Shown piece after piece: positions 11,965-24,180 of a stretch of 64,000 nt of DNA. Numbering within the stretch: the first letter of the stretch is position 1; every line of letters starts with the position of its first letter. The position numbers and the translations under genes are program-made. The notes below the pieces were generated by a model. The model made no database searches. It was given only the letters and a program-made list of their open reading frames with translations, and was not told the DNA's origin. Origin of the DNA: Octopus bimaculoides (taxonomy: Eukaryota); assembly GCF_001194135.2 (NCBI RefSeq), contig NC_068982.1:35476744-35540743 (forward strand), written 5' to 3'.

Positions 11965-12134
11965 ACATCGGTGTGGCTGTGTGGTAAGATGTTTGCTTCC
12001 CAGCCACATGGTTCCAGGTTCTGTCCCACTGCATGGCACCTTGGACAAGTGTCTTCTACTATAGCTTTGGGCCAACTAAAGCCGTGTGAGTGGATTTGGT
12101 AGGCAGAAATCAAAAGAAGCCCATCATATATATG

Positions 12135-12177
<43 letters not shown>

Positions 12178-12372
12178 ATGTTTGTGTCTGTGTTTGTACC
12201 ATCATCACTGTGGGACAAGTGTTGGTGTGTTTACATCTCTCTAACTTAACAGTTCAGCACAAGAGACCAATAGAATAAGTACTGGGGTCAATTTGTTTGA
12301 ATATAACCCTTCAAGGCGGTGCTCCAGTATGGCTGCAATCAGAAGACTGAAATAAGTAAAAGAATAAAAGAA
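11965..12372 (+). mobile_element. Family A SINE
   Basis: gtggctgtgtggtaag..ggttctgtcccactgcatggcaccttggacaagtgtc..aaggcggtgctccag..aagtaaaagaata. Confidence 0.85.
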
Positions 12373-13301
12373 TACATACGCACATACAGTCACACACACA
12401 TGCCTGTATATATACACATGTATATACCCACACGCACATATATAAATAAGCGTGTGTGTGTGTGTGTATAATTTTCATTCACAACAAGCAATAAATTTGA
12501 ACTTTTACATGAGTGTTTATATAAAATTTCTTTAACTTTATTTAATTCCTCATATATTACTTTCATTATTAATTTCAATGGCTTTTAACAACAACCAGCT
12601 GTCAACTGTTTAAAATATTTATTTTACCACTCTGAAAATTTGGAGTGAAAAACCACATCAGTTGGTGGTGTTGTTGTTGTTGTTGTTATTATTATTATCA
12701 TCATCATCATCATTCTGTGTTTACTATAATTTTGAAAGAAATTAGAGAATCTTACTAGTGAGAGCAGTTTTCTTACAGAACTGTTCTAATTTCAAAGACT
12801 CCTTACTCATCATGTTTTTTTAAGTAGCAGTGTGTGTCGGAAATATATATTTCATGGCTGTGTGGTACCAAGCTTGAGAAGCTCATTTTGCAACTACTTG
12901 GTTTTGGGTTCATACATGTGGCATGTATGTTCTTCAACTTGGGGTTGACCAATGTCGTGAGTGAATTTAGTGGATGAAAATGGAGTGGAAGCCCATCATG
13001 TGTATGTGTTTCTTTGTGTCAATGTTCTCTCCTCACCATTTGACAACCGGTGTTGGTTTGTTTCTGTTTATGTAACTTAGCAGTTTGGTAAAAGAGACTG
13101 TCTTGTAAACGAATTTGTTAGATGCAGAGTGTGAAAGCCCATCATGTGTGTGTGTGTGCATGTTTGTTCCCACCCACTGCTTGACAACCAGTGTTGGTTT
13201 GTTTATGTTCCCATAACTCAGCAGTTTGGAAAAATAGACCAATAGAATACCTCATTTACATTATTTACATTTGACAGATATTTGTCCTCATCTTTTTTGT
13301 T

Positions 13302-13347
13302 GTTAACACGTTTCAGCTGATATACCCTCCAGCCTTCATCAGGTGTC
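13302..13347 (-). ncRNA. Minimal type I hammerhead ribozyme (decayed) in Penelope pLTR; second copy 14249-14292 (+)
   Basis: gacac-CTGATGA-a-GGCTG-gagggtatat-CAGCT-GAAAC-gtgtt; plus copy has CAGCC-AAAAC. Canonical core and stem II; cleavage-site region altered in both. Confidence 0.75.
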
Positions 13348-13413
13348 ATGGGGAAATTTCAAACCTGGGTTCTCATTCATAAGGTATTTTTCAATGTTAT
13401 TGTTATTATTATT

Positions 13414-13488
13414 CAGGTCACTGCCTGGAATTGAACACGGAATCTTGGGGTTAATAACCCACACTCTTAACCACTATCTCATATGCCC
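13414..13488 (-). other. tRNA-like (Pol III A/B box) cassette inside the Penelope 3' region
   Basis: gggcata-TGAGATAGTGG-ttaagagtgtgggttattaaccccaagattccgt-GTTCAATTCC-aggcagtgacctg followed by (AAT)n-like run. Confidence 0.7.
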
Positions 13489-14933
13489 GTGGGCAATTAT
13501 GGAGTGAATTTTAGGGCTTATGAATCTAATATTTTCCTATCCTTCCTTTATACCGGTTCCCATATGCTATTCATATCTGCACTCGGTCTGCTTAGGAGGT
13601 TGTTGTGTCCTAGCAAATGTACTGCTTCTTTTAGTTTCTGTATTTTCCACTGGTGTTCTCTGTCTATTATTATAACTTCATCCCACAGGGGGAAGTGGTT
13701 TCCATTTTTCCATATATGATCAGCTTACCCGATTTATCAATATCTTCTCGTGTCACAGCTTTGCAATGTTCATCTGCCCTTATTTTGAGGGGGCAGCATG
13801 TTTCGCCTTTGTATAACCTACCACAGCTGCATGGGATGGAGTACACACAGTTTTTGGTTATATTCTCTTCTATTGGTGGTTTTGCTCAGAGATATTTGCG
13901 AAATGTTGTATTATTCTTGAAGACTGTCCTGATGTCATATGGGCCACATATCTTTTGTATCTTTTCGGAGAGGCCTTTCACATAAGGTAGACAGACTGTG
14001 GACAATTTATTGGTTTCATACTCTCTTTTCTTCATAATTGGAGTGGATAGTATGTTTTTGGGGTAGTTGTTACTTAATAGATTGTTACTTAGCTTGATTA
14101 TTTCTTCGTAGTGGGTATCACAATTGCTACTTATATTTTTTGCTCGATGTTTTAGGCACTGAGCAATCCCTCTCTTTCCACCCACTTTACAGAATTGATC
14201 AAGGAAAAATACCTTAGGAATGAGAACCCAGGTTCAAAATTTCCCCAAGACACCTGATGAAGGCTGGAGGGTATATCAGCCAAAACATTAACAACAAACA
14301 AGATGAGGACAAATATCCGTCAAATGTAAATAATATGAATAATGTACATAATTCCTCATCTCTTAAATATGGAACTGAATAGAATAACTTCTAGACTTAC
14401 AAAATATACTTGGATTGATATGTTAGACTGAACCTTTCAAGTTGATGCTTCTGCATGGCCACAGTTCAGTGATTGAGATGTGTGAAAGACAAAAGATGTG
14501 TGTGTGTGTGTGTGTCTGGTTCAGAATTGTTAACTGTGGATACTCACTGATTAAATATCTTGTCTCTTCTTGTTTAGCTCATCTTCCCCTACAGCACACA
14601 CACACATACACTCTAGACTGAAATGTACTAAATACTTGGAAACAAGTCGTTGCCACTACCAACAACATATGTACATGTATACATGTGTGTATCATGATAT
14701 TTCTTGTGCATTAGTGTTATAAATGATATTACACAATTTGACATAAGCTGACCTGTTTTCTTCGGTACTCAACATGTACACTCTGTGTGTGTGTGTGTGT
14801 GTGTGTGTACTCGCTTGTATTTATAGATATAATCATAAATACATATATACAATCTATTTGCTTCTGTTTACATGAGTATGTACACATGCATATCTCTCTC
14901 TCTCACATGTGCGCTTTATATATATATACATAC

Positions 14934-14963
<30 letters not shown>

Positions 14964-14966
<3 letters not shown>

Positions 14967-15130
14967 TCGTCGAAACGCCGGTGTTAAAACGTGGGTAGCT
15001 GATGAAGTAGAATGTTCTCTATGTGGCTCGTGTGTTCTCGTCTATGTTTGTTTGCAATGTCCTGTACCCAGATATGCACCTATACATACAGGTGGATGTC
15101 GGTATGCACATACCTGTACGTATATATGCA
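14964..15130. mobile_element. CpG-retaining short element between (TA)n tracts, likely Penelope terminal-repeat derived
   Basis: About 9 CpGs in 165 bp in a CpG-depleted background; GAAAC (14972) and CTGATGA (14999) motifs. Confidence 0.4.
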
Positions 15131-15147
15131 TATACTCATTTACTTTT

Positions 15148-15231
<84 letters not shown>

Positions 15232-15676
15232 GCACACACACTTTTCAGTGCACTTGCTTGGCATATAAGAAGATAAGAGCAGCTCAGTCATAAAGTACTG
15301 GGTCACTGACCATAGAACTAACTAACTGGTAGCTAATCTACCATCCATACCGTGATCAAATCCTCCATCAAAATACTAGTAACAGGTTAAACTTTTGACT
15401 ATCCTTTCTTCTTTGCTAATTGCTGGGTGGAGGTGCATATATCAAATATCTTAGATTATCTACAGAGATTGTGGCTTGTTGACAATAACAGTGAGTTCAT
15501 TTTACTTTTTTCAAATGGTAGGTCACGAATAAATATATGTACTACAAATTGTGATCTCATTCATAAGTATTTAGTCTAGATGTGAAACCAAGCCCATGGG
15601 GACAGGAGTGGGGCTTTATTTGTTGCTTGTGTTAGGGATTGAACTGGATAGGGCTTCATTATTATTAAAGAATTTG

Positions 15677-15902
15677 TTAACCCTTTTAGCATTCAGATCA
15701 CTGTCAAATGTAATACCCATTTATTCATATTGTTTTAAATCAACATGTATTAACTTGTAGCTTTGAGATTTCAATGATATGATTGTTTATTTTTAGAATG
15801 ACATAGTAGGATGAGTGTGAGAGGCTGGATCTGGTCAGTTTGAACATAAAACAGGTAGAATACTTTGGCTGGATATGACCAGTTTAAATGCTAAAGGTTT
15901 AA
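15677..15902 (+). mobile_element. MITE with TTAA-CCC termini (piggyBac-like); partial second copy 43335-43505 (-)
   Basis: ttaa-cccttttagcatt ... aatgctaaaggt-ttaa; body shared with revcomp of 43335-43505. Confidence 0.7.
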
Positions 15903-15904
15903 GG

Positions 15905-16105
15905 TGACAAGCTGGTGCAATCATTACCAAACTAGACAAAATGCTTAGTAGCTTTTCTTCTTTACATTCTGAGTTCAAATGCCACCAAGGTTTAATTTGC
16001 CTTTCATCTTTTCAGGGTCAGTAGAATAAAGTACCTGTTGAGTACTGGAGTTGATGTAATTGACTTCCCCCTCAAAATTACTGTCTTGTGCCAAAATTAG
16101 AAAGG
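15905..16105 (+). mobile_element. Nin-domain SINE (family E)
   Basis: ttctgagttcaaatgccaccaaggtttaatttgcctttcatcttttcagggtcagtagaataaagtacc. Confidence 0.75.
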
Positions 16106-16552
16106 ATTATTTAAGAATTCATTGAAATTTCTTCACCTCTCCCTTAGACTGCTCTCGTATTAGCTCTAATTCTCTGTGTTATAAGTTCAAATCTGACTGG
16201 GGTCAACTTTACCTTTCATCCTTTCAGGTTCATTAAAAAAAGTACCACTGGATGAGCAGAGATGTAAGAAGAACAGATATGATTTTATGTCTTATTTGTT
16301 CTGGTTCTTTGTGTTCTGAGACCAAATCCTGATATGGCCACCCAATCCTACTTGTGTGGTAGACTTAATCCACCACCCAGTTTGATATAAACACCTTCCT
16401 TACACCTTGGGTGCTTTTAGTAGAGACCACTCTGTTTTCTAGTGTAAGGATATCTTCCTCCTTCCTCTCATCGGTCTTAGAGGCCCTGTAAAAAAACCAC
16501 GAGCACTGCTTTCTGCTCATTACTTTAAAAATTTTAAAAAAAACTATCAATA

Positions 16553-16942
16553 GGCGCAGGAGTGGCTGTGTGGTAAGTAGCTTGCTTACCAACCACATGG
16601 TTCCGGGTTCAGGCCTACTGCATGGCACCTTGGGCAAGTGTCTTCTACTATAGCCTCGGGCCGACCAAAGCCTTGTGAGTGGATTTGGTAGACGAAAACT
16701 GAAAGAAGCCCGTCGTATATATGTATATATATATATGTATGTGTGTCTGTGTTTGTCCCCCTACCATCGCTTGACAACCGATGCTGGTGTGTTTACATCC
16801 CTGTAACTTAGCGGTTCGGCAAAAAGAGACTGAGAGAATAAGTACTAGGCTTACAAAGAATAATTCCTGGGGTCGATTTTCTCGACTAAAGGCGGTGCTC
16901 CAGCATGGCTGCAGTCAAATGACTGAAACAAGTAAAAGAGTA
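16553..16942 (+). mobile_element. Family A tRNA-derived CORE-like SINE, near full length
   Basis: A-box tggctgtgtggtaag, B-box ggttcaggcc, CORE-like ggcaccttgggcaagtgtctt, central TA/TG tract, 3' gtcaaatgactgaaacaagtaaaagagta; more than 15 copies in the window. Confidence 0.9.
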
Positions 16943-17044
16943 ATGATAGCAACTGAAAGCTACTTATTATTAACTCTATCAGCACCTAGCACAAGAAAAT
17001 AACTTGTGTCTATATCTAAGCTCCACACTCAGAACATATAACTG

Positions 17045-17290
17045 CAGGCATGACTGTGTGGTAAGAGGTTTGCTTCTCAACCACATGGTTTCAGGTTCAG
17101 TCCCACTGCATTGCACCTTGGGCAAGTATCTTCTACTATAGCTGTCAACCCAAGGGCTCAGCTGGTACTTATTTTACTGGCCTGAAAGGGATGAAAAAAA
17201 ACCAATCAACCTCAGCAGAATTTGAACTCAGAATGTAAAAAGCCAGAAGAAATGCCACTAAGCATTTTGTCCAACATGCTAACAATTCTA
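17045..17290. mobile_element. Family A SINE head (+, 17045-17145) abutting a Nin-domain SINE (-, 17150-17290)
   Basis: Direct similarity to the respective family copies. Confidence 0.7.
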
Positions 17291-17569
17291 CAAGTTTGTC
17301 ACCTTCATTTGAAAAATAATTATGATAATATTACAATGATTTATAAATTTGAACTGAAGATATGAGTTTATGGCAGAGGAACCTGATGATACATTAAGAC
17401 ATAATTGGTATTTGCTTTGTTGACTAGAGGAATGGCAGTCAATACTTGAAATTAGAGCATAAAGAAAATAACTGGCTACCACTGTACCATATATCCAGCT
17501 CTGTGACATTCATACCTCTAATCATCAGTTATCATCATCATCCTCATCTTCATCCTCTAGTCATCATGG

Positions 17570-17725
17570 CATATTTGTGTAGATAAGAAGGTTGCTTCCT
17601 AACCATATGGTTTCAGGGTTCAATCCTACTGCATGGCATCTTGGGCAAGATTTTTTCTGCCAATACCCTGAACCAACCAAAGCTATGTGAGTGGGTTTGA
17701 GAGGCAGAAACTGAAAGAAGCTTGT
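17570..17725 (+). mobile_element. Family A SINE 5' part
   Basis: ttgcttcctaaccatatggtttcagggttcaatcctactgcatggcatcttgggcaag..gtgagtgggtttg. Confidence 0.7.
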
Positions 17726-18059
17726 CACTGGTGTGTGTGTAGATTCAAAACTTACATAGAAGGACAACAAAGGAACACATGGACAAGATGTGGACATGCT
17801 CATCCTTCATGAGTTCTTATCCAAAAATCATAACAATTTTGTGCCTTTAACAATTAGGTTATTTGTTTTGGTGGCATCAACAACAAATGAGTGAACATAG
17901 AGGATGGTGACAAAAATAAACAGACAAAAGACAAAAACAGAGTAAGACAAGACATAGCAAAAAATAATACAGGTAGTTAGTATGTATAAAATATACACAT
18001 ACAAATACAAGTCTTATGGCTATGAGACAGCATTGTGACAAGACTTTGATATGCATTCA

Positions 18060-18305
18060 TGCTTCTTTCTGTTGACCTAGTATAATCATTCTAAAAAAAA
18101 AAAGCACCACTGCCATGGAAGTGGGGTGTGCAGAGCATTCATTTCCTATCTTCTGTAAAAAACATGCCTGCTCATGGGGAAATATTACCTTGCTTGGAAA
18201 CAGGTGAGGTTTGGCAACAAGAAGGGCATCCAGATGTAGAAAATTTGCTTCAATGAATCCCAGCTGACCCATGCAAACATAGAAAAGAATACATTAAAAG
18301 AATGG
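18060..18305 (+). mobile_element. Family B related RTE-tail element
   Basis: aagaagggcatccagatgtagaaaatttgc..cccatgcaaacatagaaaagaatacattaaa. Confidence 0.6.
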
Positions 18306-18307
18306 TG

Positions 18308-18351
<44 letters not shown>

Positions 18352-18842
18352 ATACCATATATAACATCTATATATGCAATTATATAAAATACTCACACAT
18401 GCACACATACATTGATATTATCATGTTATTAAGAAATTTTAAATTTATATGATTTTAGAAACATATAGGGTAGAATTAATCTGTCTAATGGATAAGTGAA
18501 GGAATTTGTGACATTTTTAAATAATTATATTCTTGATTTAATTAATTTTCAATATGTCCACTGTAATTACATATAAAAGCTGGGTATGAGTGTGAAGTTA
18601 TAAAAACACAATTTGCAGCTGATTTTGAGCTAGCCAGAATCACATCAGTTTATCCTAGAATAAAGTTGAAGTAATTATTAAGAAACAGTTACAATAAATT
18701 TTTTGATTGATAGTTTCCAAATGTTTTTTTTTATAGAATATTTTTGCCACATACTAAAGTTATACAAATTTGTAATTTAAAATTGCACAAGGTCATTATA
18801 ATAACCTTGTGTTTGTGTATGTGTGTGTATGCATATACATAC

Positions 18843-18887
<45 letters not shown>

Positions 18888-18984
18888 ACATACACATACA
18901 TACATTATATATGTATACATATATATACATACATATATATGCATATATACATATATATACACATATATACATATACATATATGC

Positions 18985-19017
<33 letters not shown>

Positions 19018-19646
19018 TACACACATATGTTTGTGTCTGCACATGTTATATAGACATTTTTCATTTATTTATATTTTGATACATTGTAGTCATTGTGTTT
19101 TAAAGTTTTGGTGGGGTTTTTTTGCTAGTGAATGAAGAAATTAATATTTCTTATCACTCATTATTATTATGATTATTATTATTATTAAACAATGTTTCTC
19201 ACTAATCTCGCTGCTACAATTGGGAATTAAGTAAACTCAATACGATGTAGATGAAAAACAAATAAAGATAATGTCAACTGTTTGAATTCACAACAAAGTT
19301 AACTTTGATAGCATATACCTACCGCAAACACACATCTTAGGAAGGGAGGGTCCCTTCTTATCCAATTTAAACAAAATAGGGCAAGATAAGTAGCATAGCT
19401 TGATAAAAGAGATTTCTTTAAAAATATAACTGGTGTAAATTTACAGAAATATTTTTGGAAGAAAATCTATAGATTTATTAAAGTAATTTAAGACATTAAA
19501 AGATTTTTTCCTCCTGTTTAGGTTCCATAGTTGTGAAGTTGGAAGTGTTAGCATTTTTTTGTTTGTTTGTTTTTTTGCGTGTGTTTTTTCTTATAATTTC
19601 AAATCCTTTTTATTAGCCAAAATAGGGGGCAGCGAAAATTGTTCAT

Positions 19647-20027
19647 TTAGGCTGTATGGTTAAGAAGTTTGCTTTGCAGCCACATGGCTTTGAGTTCAGT
19701 CCCAATGTGCAGCACCCTGACCAATTATCTTCTACTATAGACCCAGGCCAACCAAAGCCTTGTGAATGAAATTGGTTGATGGAAACTATGTGGAAGCCTG
19801 TCGTGTGTGTGTTTCTCTGTGTCTGTGTTTGTCCTTCACCCACTGCTTGACAACCATTGTTGGTTTGTTTATATCTCTGTAATCTAACAGTTCAGTAAAA
19901 GAGACATATAGAAATAAGTAGCAAACTTAAAAAGTAAGTTCTGAGATTGATTTGTTCAACTAAAACCCTTCAAAGCAGTTTCTCAGCTTGGCTGCAGTCC
20001 AATGATTGAAACAAGTAAAAGATAAAA
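19647..20027 (+). mobile_element. Family A SINE
   Basis: Full-length similarity to the 16553 copy. Confidence 0.85.
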
Positions 20028-20243
20028 GATGTAGTGAACTCTTTCTTTTTCTGCTTTCAAACCAAGTCTTTGATCAAACTATTTATTTTCTCTTTATGAG
20101 GCACTATCTTCAAAGAAACAGCTAATTTAAACAATCCTGCTAATTGTAGATTGGTATCCTAAGAGTGGAAATGAAATTTGTTTTGTGGGTACAAGCCCAG
20201 CTTCAAAATGTTTTTCAAAAAATGCAAAAACAAGTATTATATT

Positions 20244-20262
20244 AATAATAATAATAATAATA

Positions 20263-20345
<83 letters not shown>

Positions 20346-20360
20346 CATTATCATCATCAT
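20244..20360. repeat. (AAT)n followed by (ATT)n microsatellite
   Basis: aataataataataataataattattattatt... Confidence 0.95.
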
Positions 20361-20361
20361 T

Positions 20362-21030
20362 GCCTTTGCACAGCTTCTAATGCTGGAGATGTACTATAGT
20401 GTCAGCTGTTCACTACCAGTGAACTAAGGTAACACCTCTTAGTTTTCAAGCACCTTCCGGAGTATTCGAGCGGTTCCAAGCAATGCTGTTTTCTGCAAGT
20501 GCTCCACCCTTATTGCAGCCCCTATTTGTTCCACATACTTCTCGAGATTTTTGCTCACTGTTCCTAGGGCTCCAACAATTATTGGTGTTACTGCTACCTT
20601 TTTCATCAACCACAACTGCTTAACTTCACAAGCTAACCTGTCCAATCTCTCGTCTTTTTTTTTTCTTCCTTATCGCATACCTTGTTTTCAGCTGGGCATG
20701 CTATATCTATGATCCAGCATAGTTTGTTTTCGTTCTCAATTAAGAGAACTATATTGTCATGGTGTCTCTTATATTCCTTCTGGGCTAGTGGCATACATTG
20801 GCTGGTAATATACCATATGGTTTCACCGTTTTGTCCACAGATTCTGCACTTATCACTTTCTGATGTGTTGTCTATTCTGTATTTTATGTAGTTTGTTTTT
20901 AGTGCTTGCTCTTGGGCAGCACAGATTCATTCTTTGGTCGTATCTTACCATTTTTGCTTTCTTTGCAATGAGGCGCTGTTTCAGTTCCTCCATTACTACT
21001 TTCAGGTCCTTTCTTTCAATATTCTTCCCT
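20362..21030 (-). mobile_element. Internally deleted R4/Dong-like (RLE-type) non-LTR retrotransposon
   Basis: KVVMEELKQRLIAKKAKMVRYDQR fused to SESDKCRICGQNGETIWHITSQC..KEYKRHHDN (CCHC), IIDIACPAENKV..KEEEK (RLE) and PIIVGALGTVSKNLEK..LQKTALLGTARILRKVL*; 3' end runs into (TAA)n. Confidence 0.9.
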
Positions 21031-22189
21031 TTCAGTGCCCTGTAGAAAGGATTATTATTATTATTGTTGTTGTTGTTATCACCACCATATTTGTACATCA
21101 ATTAAATCAGATAACTCTAATAATGGAAAAGTGATGTTTCAAATCAGTTCAAAAATGTCTCTATGGTTGTTCGTTTTGACAGTGAAGCTTTTCAGGGTGA
21201 TGTTCAAAGTGTTTTCATTGCCCCTAACCCCTATGAGTGGTATCTATTTTATCAAATCCCTAAAAGTTTACCCTAGCAGGATTTGATCCCAGAATGTAAA
21301 GGAGGCAATTCTGCATATATCAATACTTGGACACATCATCAGTATTGTATTCTGAGGTCACTGATTGTTTCAGGTTTTACATGCTCCCTCACCCAGGCAA
21401 CCCAACCTTGATTGATCAACTCTAGACCTGTGTCCAAGGAACATTCTACTGACCCCATAGATCATCTCTTTTCTGCCAGAACTAAAACATTTTGGCAATT
21501 ATTCTGCCAATTCTGTCTACTATCACCACTATAAGGAGAGAGGATATTTTGGAAACATTTATTTTGTTATTGTTTAGCCCCAGGTCAGTTAGATCAAGCT
21601 GACCTGTGATCAGAAACATTCCAGCCATACCAATTCAATCTTCTTGCCAGACAGTTATCTTGAACAACATCAGCATTTTGTTTTTCTTCCCTCGATGCAG
21701 TGGAGCAGGTACGGGCATCTTTTTATGAGATGCAGGCTGCATGAGAGATGCTTCATCATCAGGTGGACCACACTACTAAAATACATTCAAAGTAATTGTT
21801 TGTTGGTGTGCTATTCAGAAAATCCTACATGTGGGTTGTGGAATACAGTTTGTCAATGACTGCAGTAGAGTATCATTTGATGAAGATTTATCTCTGCTAT
21901 GTACAGTTGGTCAAGCAACCACATTGCAGCTCAGTTCCTTTGCTGCGTTACAGACATAAGTCAGCTAGATAAACTATGCTGCCAAAAACCAAAAACTGAT
22001 TAACAACTAGGATGGGAATCAAAATTACGAAATAAATCATAACTACCTACATTATTGAAATGTGTGTGTGTGTAGATAGATAGATAGATATATAGACAGG
22101 CATATGCATAACACCAAGAACACTTACTGATTAATATACATAAACCAATCATCAAACAACAATACTATAGAACTTCACAAACTTATCAA

Positions 22190-22355
22190 TACTACATAAC
22201 ATGTAACATCAGTAACATGTGACAACATCAGTAACACCTGAATACAACAGTAACACCTAAACATCAGAGGCACCAGTGATGTGTTCAGTAACATCTGAAC
22301 ACATCATTAACACCTTAACACGTCGCTAACACCTTAACACATCACTTACACCAGA
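22190..22355 (+). repeat. Degenerate ~20-bp minisatellite (aacatcagtaacacctga-like)
   Basis: Repeated catcagtaacac / cattaacacc / cgctaacacc units. Confidence 0.75.
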
Positions 22356-22403
22356 ATACAACTATAGTAGACATACACTATGATAATTTGGATGTCTCAT
22401 CTC

Positions 22404-22435
22404 ATAAGTGCAATTGGTCCCTAAATTGCACTTAT
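22404..22435. repeat. Perfect 12-bp inverted repeat with 8-nt loop
   Basis: ataagtgcaatt-ggtcccta-aattgcacttat. Confidence 0.85.
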
Positions 22436-22879
22436 CTTAGATTTTGTCATTCTAGTGTCTGTCAAACTTAAATTTCTGTAGATAAGCCCTGATCTTCCTA
22501 AGATTTTCTTTAAACCTTCTAAGTACTAATCACAAGATATCTAGTGTCAACTAAAATATTGTTGCGCCCTGATAACAAAATAGTATTTGCAAAAAAAATA
22601 TATACTCACTGACAGCTACAAGATATCTTGAGATTGTAACTTTCTTTATTTCTTTATAAAACTTTATTTTATTGGTTTATATATTTAGTTACCATAGAAA
22701 ATTTTCAAGTTGGCCAATCCAAAAGCATTTTACAATTACTATTAGTAACTTATAAGTGTGCATATTTAGTATGTAGTAGGTATTTTGAGGTTTTTGTTTT
22801 GTATTTATGGTTTTATTTTTTAAACAAAATAATACAGGCTACACAACTAACACCAACTTGTTTTAAAGACAAATATGAA

Positions 22880-22918
22880 TTCTCTCTCTCTCTTTCACTC
22901 TCTCTCTCTCTTTCACTC

Positions 22919-22998
<80 letters not shown>
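22880..22998. repeat. (CT)n microsatellite (others at 25205-25345, 49685-49850, 60675-61040)
   Basis: Direct reading. Confidence 0.95.
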
Positions 22999-23001
<3 letters not shown>

Positions 23002-23029
23002 TAAAGATGCTGATAAAAATGGTTTCAAT

Positions 23030-23540
23030 TCTGCTGATTTTTAGTCTTGCTACTAACAATATTACTTATTGATATTCTCAATAATAATTGAAGGTGGTGA
23101 ATCTGGCAGAATCATTAGCATTTTGTCTGTCCTTACATTCTGAGTTCAAATTTCGTTGAGGTCAGCTTTGCCTCTCATCTAACCCAAGTTCCACTACAGT
23201 CAACTTTGCCTTTCATCCTTCTAGGGTCAATAAAATAAATACCAGTCGCACACTGGGGTCGATGTAATAGCCCCCTCCTGCAAAGTTTCAGGCTTTGTAC
23301 CTACAATAGAATGGAATATCCTCAACAACAATATTAATGCTCTCTACTATAAGCACAAGGCCTGAAATTTTGAAGGGAGAGGTTAGTTGATTACATTGAC
23401 CCCAGTGTTTAACTGGTACTTATTTTATTGACCTCCAAAGCACGCAAAATCAACCCCAACAACATTTGAGCTGAGACCATAAAGCTGGAATAAAGGCTGC
23501 TAAGTATTTTGTCTGGCATGGTAACGATTCTGCTGGCTCT
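23030..23540. mobile_element. Two Nin-domain SINEs tail-to-tail (+ ~23050-23320; - ~23340-23540)
   Basis: gcctttcatccttctagggtcaataaaataaataccag..actggggtcgatgtaat..ggctttgtacctacaatagaa, then the reverse complement of the same family. Confidence 0.8.
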
Positions 23541-24009
23541 TTAACAATAATATCAATAGGGAATAATTGTATGATGATTGCATATTTTGGGGGAAATGTT
23601 TGGAGTGGCTAGGAGAGGTGGTAGCAATGTATGTTCAGTTAGCTGTATATTTTCATCAAATTTCCAATGAACTACTAAACATATGGCTCTCGAAAGAATG
23701 TCATTTTCTCTATTGTTGTAACAATTTGTGTAACAAAATCCAGCTATAAACCTTCGTTTATTGTTCACAGCTTTCATACGAACTGAGAAATTGGTATAAC
23801 TTTGGTTTTCATTTTTTTAAATCTTTAAGATTTATCAATAAGCTCCACTTCTTTTATATGTGTATAAATGGATCATTTTAATTTTAGGAAATCTTTTGAA
23901 ACTCCTATCAGTGTTTCATAATTTGTTTGATCTAAAATAAATGATATATTTGTAGAATTTACTGATTGTATAACTTATAGGTATTTAGCCTGAAAATGCT
24001 GAATTCACC

Positions 24010-24180
24010 AACATCATCATCATCTATATTCTCTGCTGGCATGGTCTGACAGGATCTGATGGACCCGGTGATTGCATCGTACTCCAGTGTCTGCTTTGGC
24101 TGGATGCCCTTCCTCATGCCAACCATTTTACCGCATGTACTGGCTGCTTTATTCATGCCATCGGCATTAGTGAAGTCACC
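24010..24180 (-). mobile_element. Family B RTE-tail element
   Basis: catcatcatc..ggctggatgcccttcctcatgccaacc. Confidence 0.65.

Larger units (their letters stand above)
13250..14377 (-). mobile_element. Penelope-like element: 5'-truncated ORF, GIY-YIG, 3' pLTR, inverted 5' pLTR copy, 9-bp TSD
   Basis: NNYPKNIL, VCLPYVKGLSEKIQKIC..YDIRTVFK, NCVYSIPCSCGRLYKGET..LKIRADEH, KIQKLKEAVHL; inverted arms 13254-13392 / 14204-14345. Confidence 0.93.
12845..14495 (+). mobile_element. Family A SINE split by the Penelope insertion (12845-13249 and 14378-14495)
   Basis: SINE sequence stops at ..gaccaatagaata and resumes at aatagaataacttctagacttac; aatagaata is duplicated at 13241-13249 and 14378-14386. 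Confidence 0.75.

Noticed and set aside
16586-16777. Recurrent peptide ..DGLLSVFVYQIHSQGFGRPEAIVEDTCPRCHAVGLNPEPCGW
   Set aside because: Antisense reading of the family A SINE, not a gene family.
19521-19545. Acceptor followed by GSIVVKLE (SEA-like motif)
   Set aside because: No good donor; runs into T-rich sequence; too short to support.
23597-23793. Possible mini-exons MFGVARRGGSN|gtatgt and LSYELRNW|gtataa
   Set aside because: Weak second donor and no homology; expected by chance at this scale.
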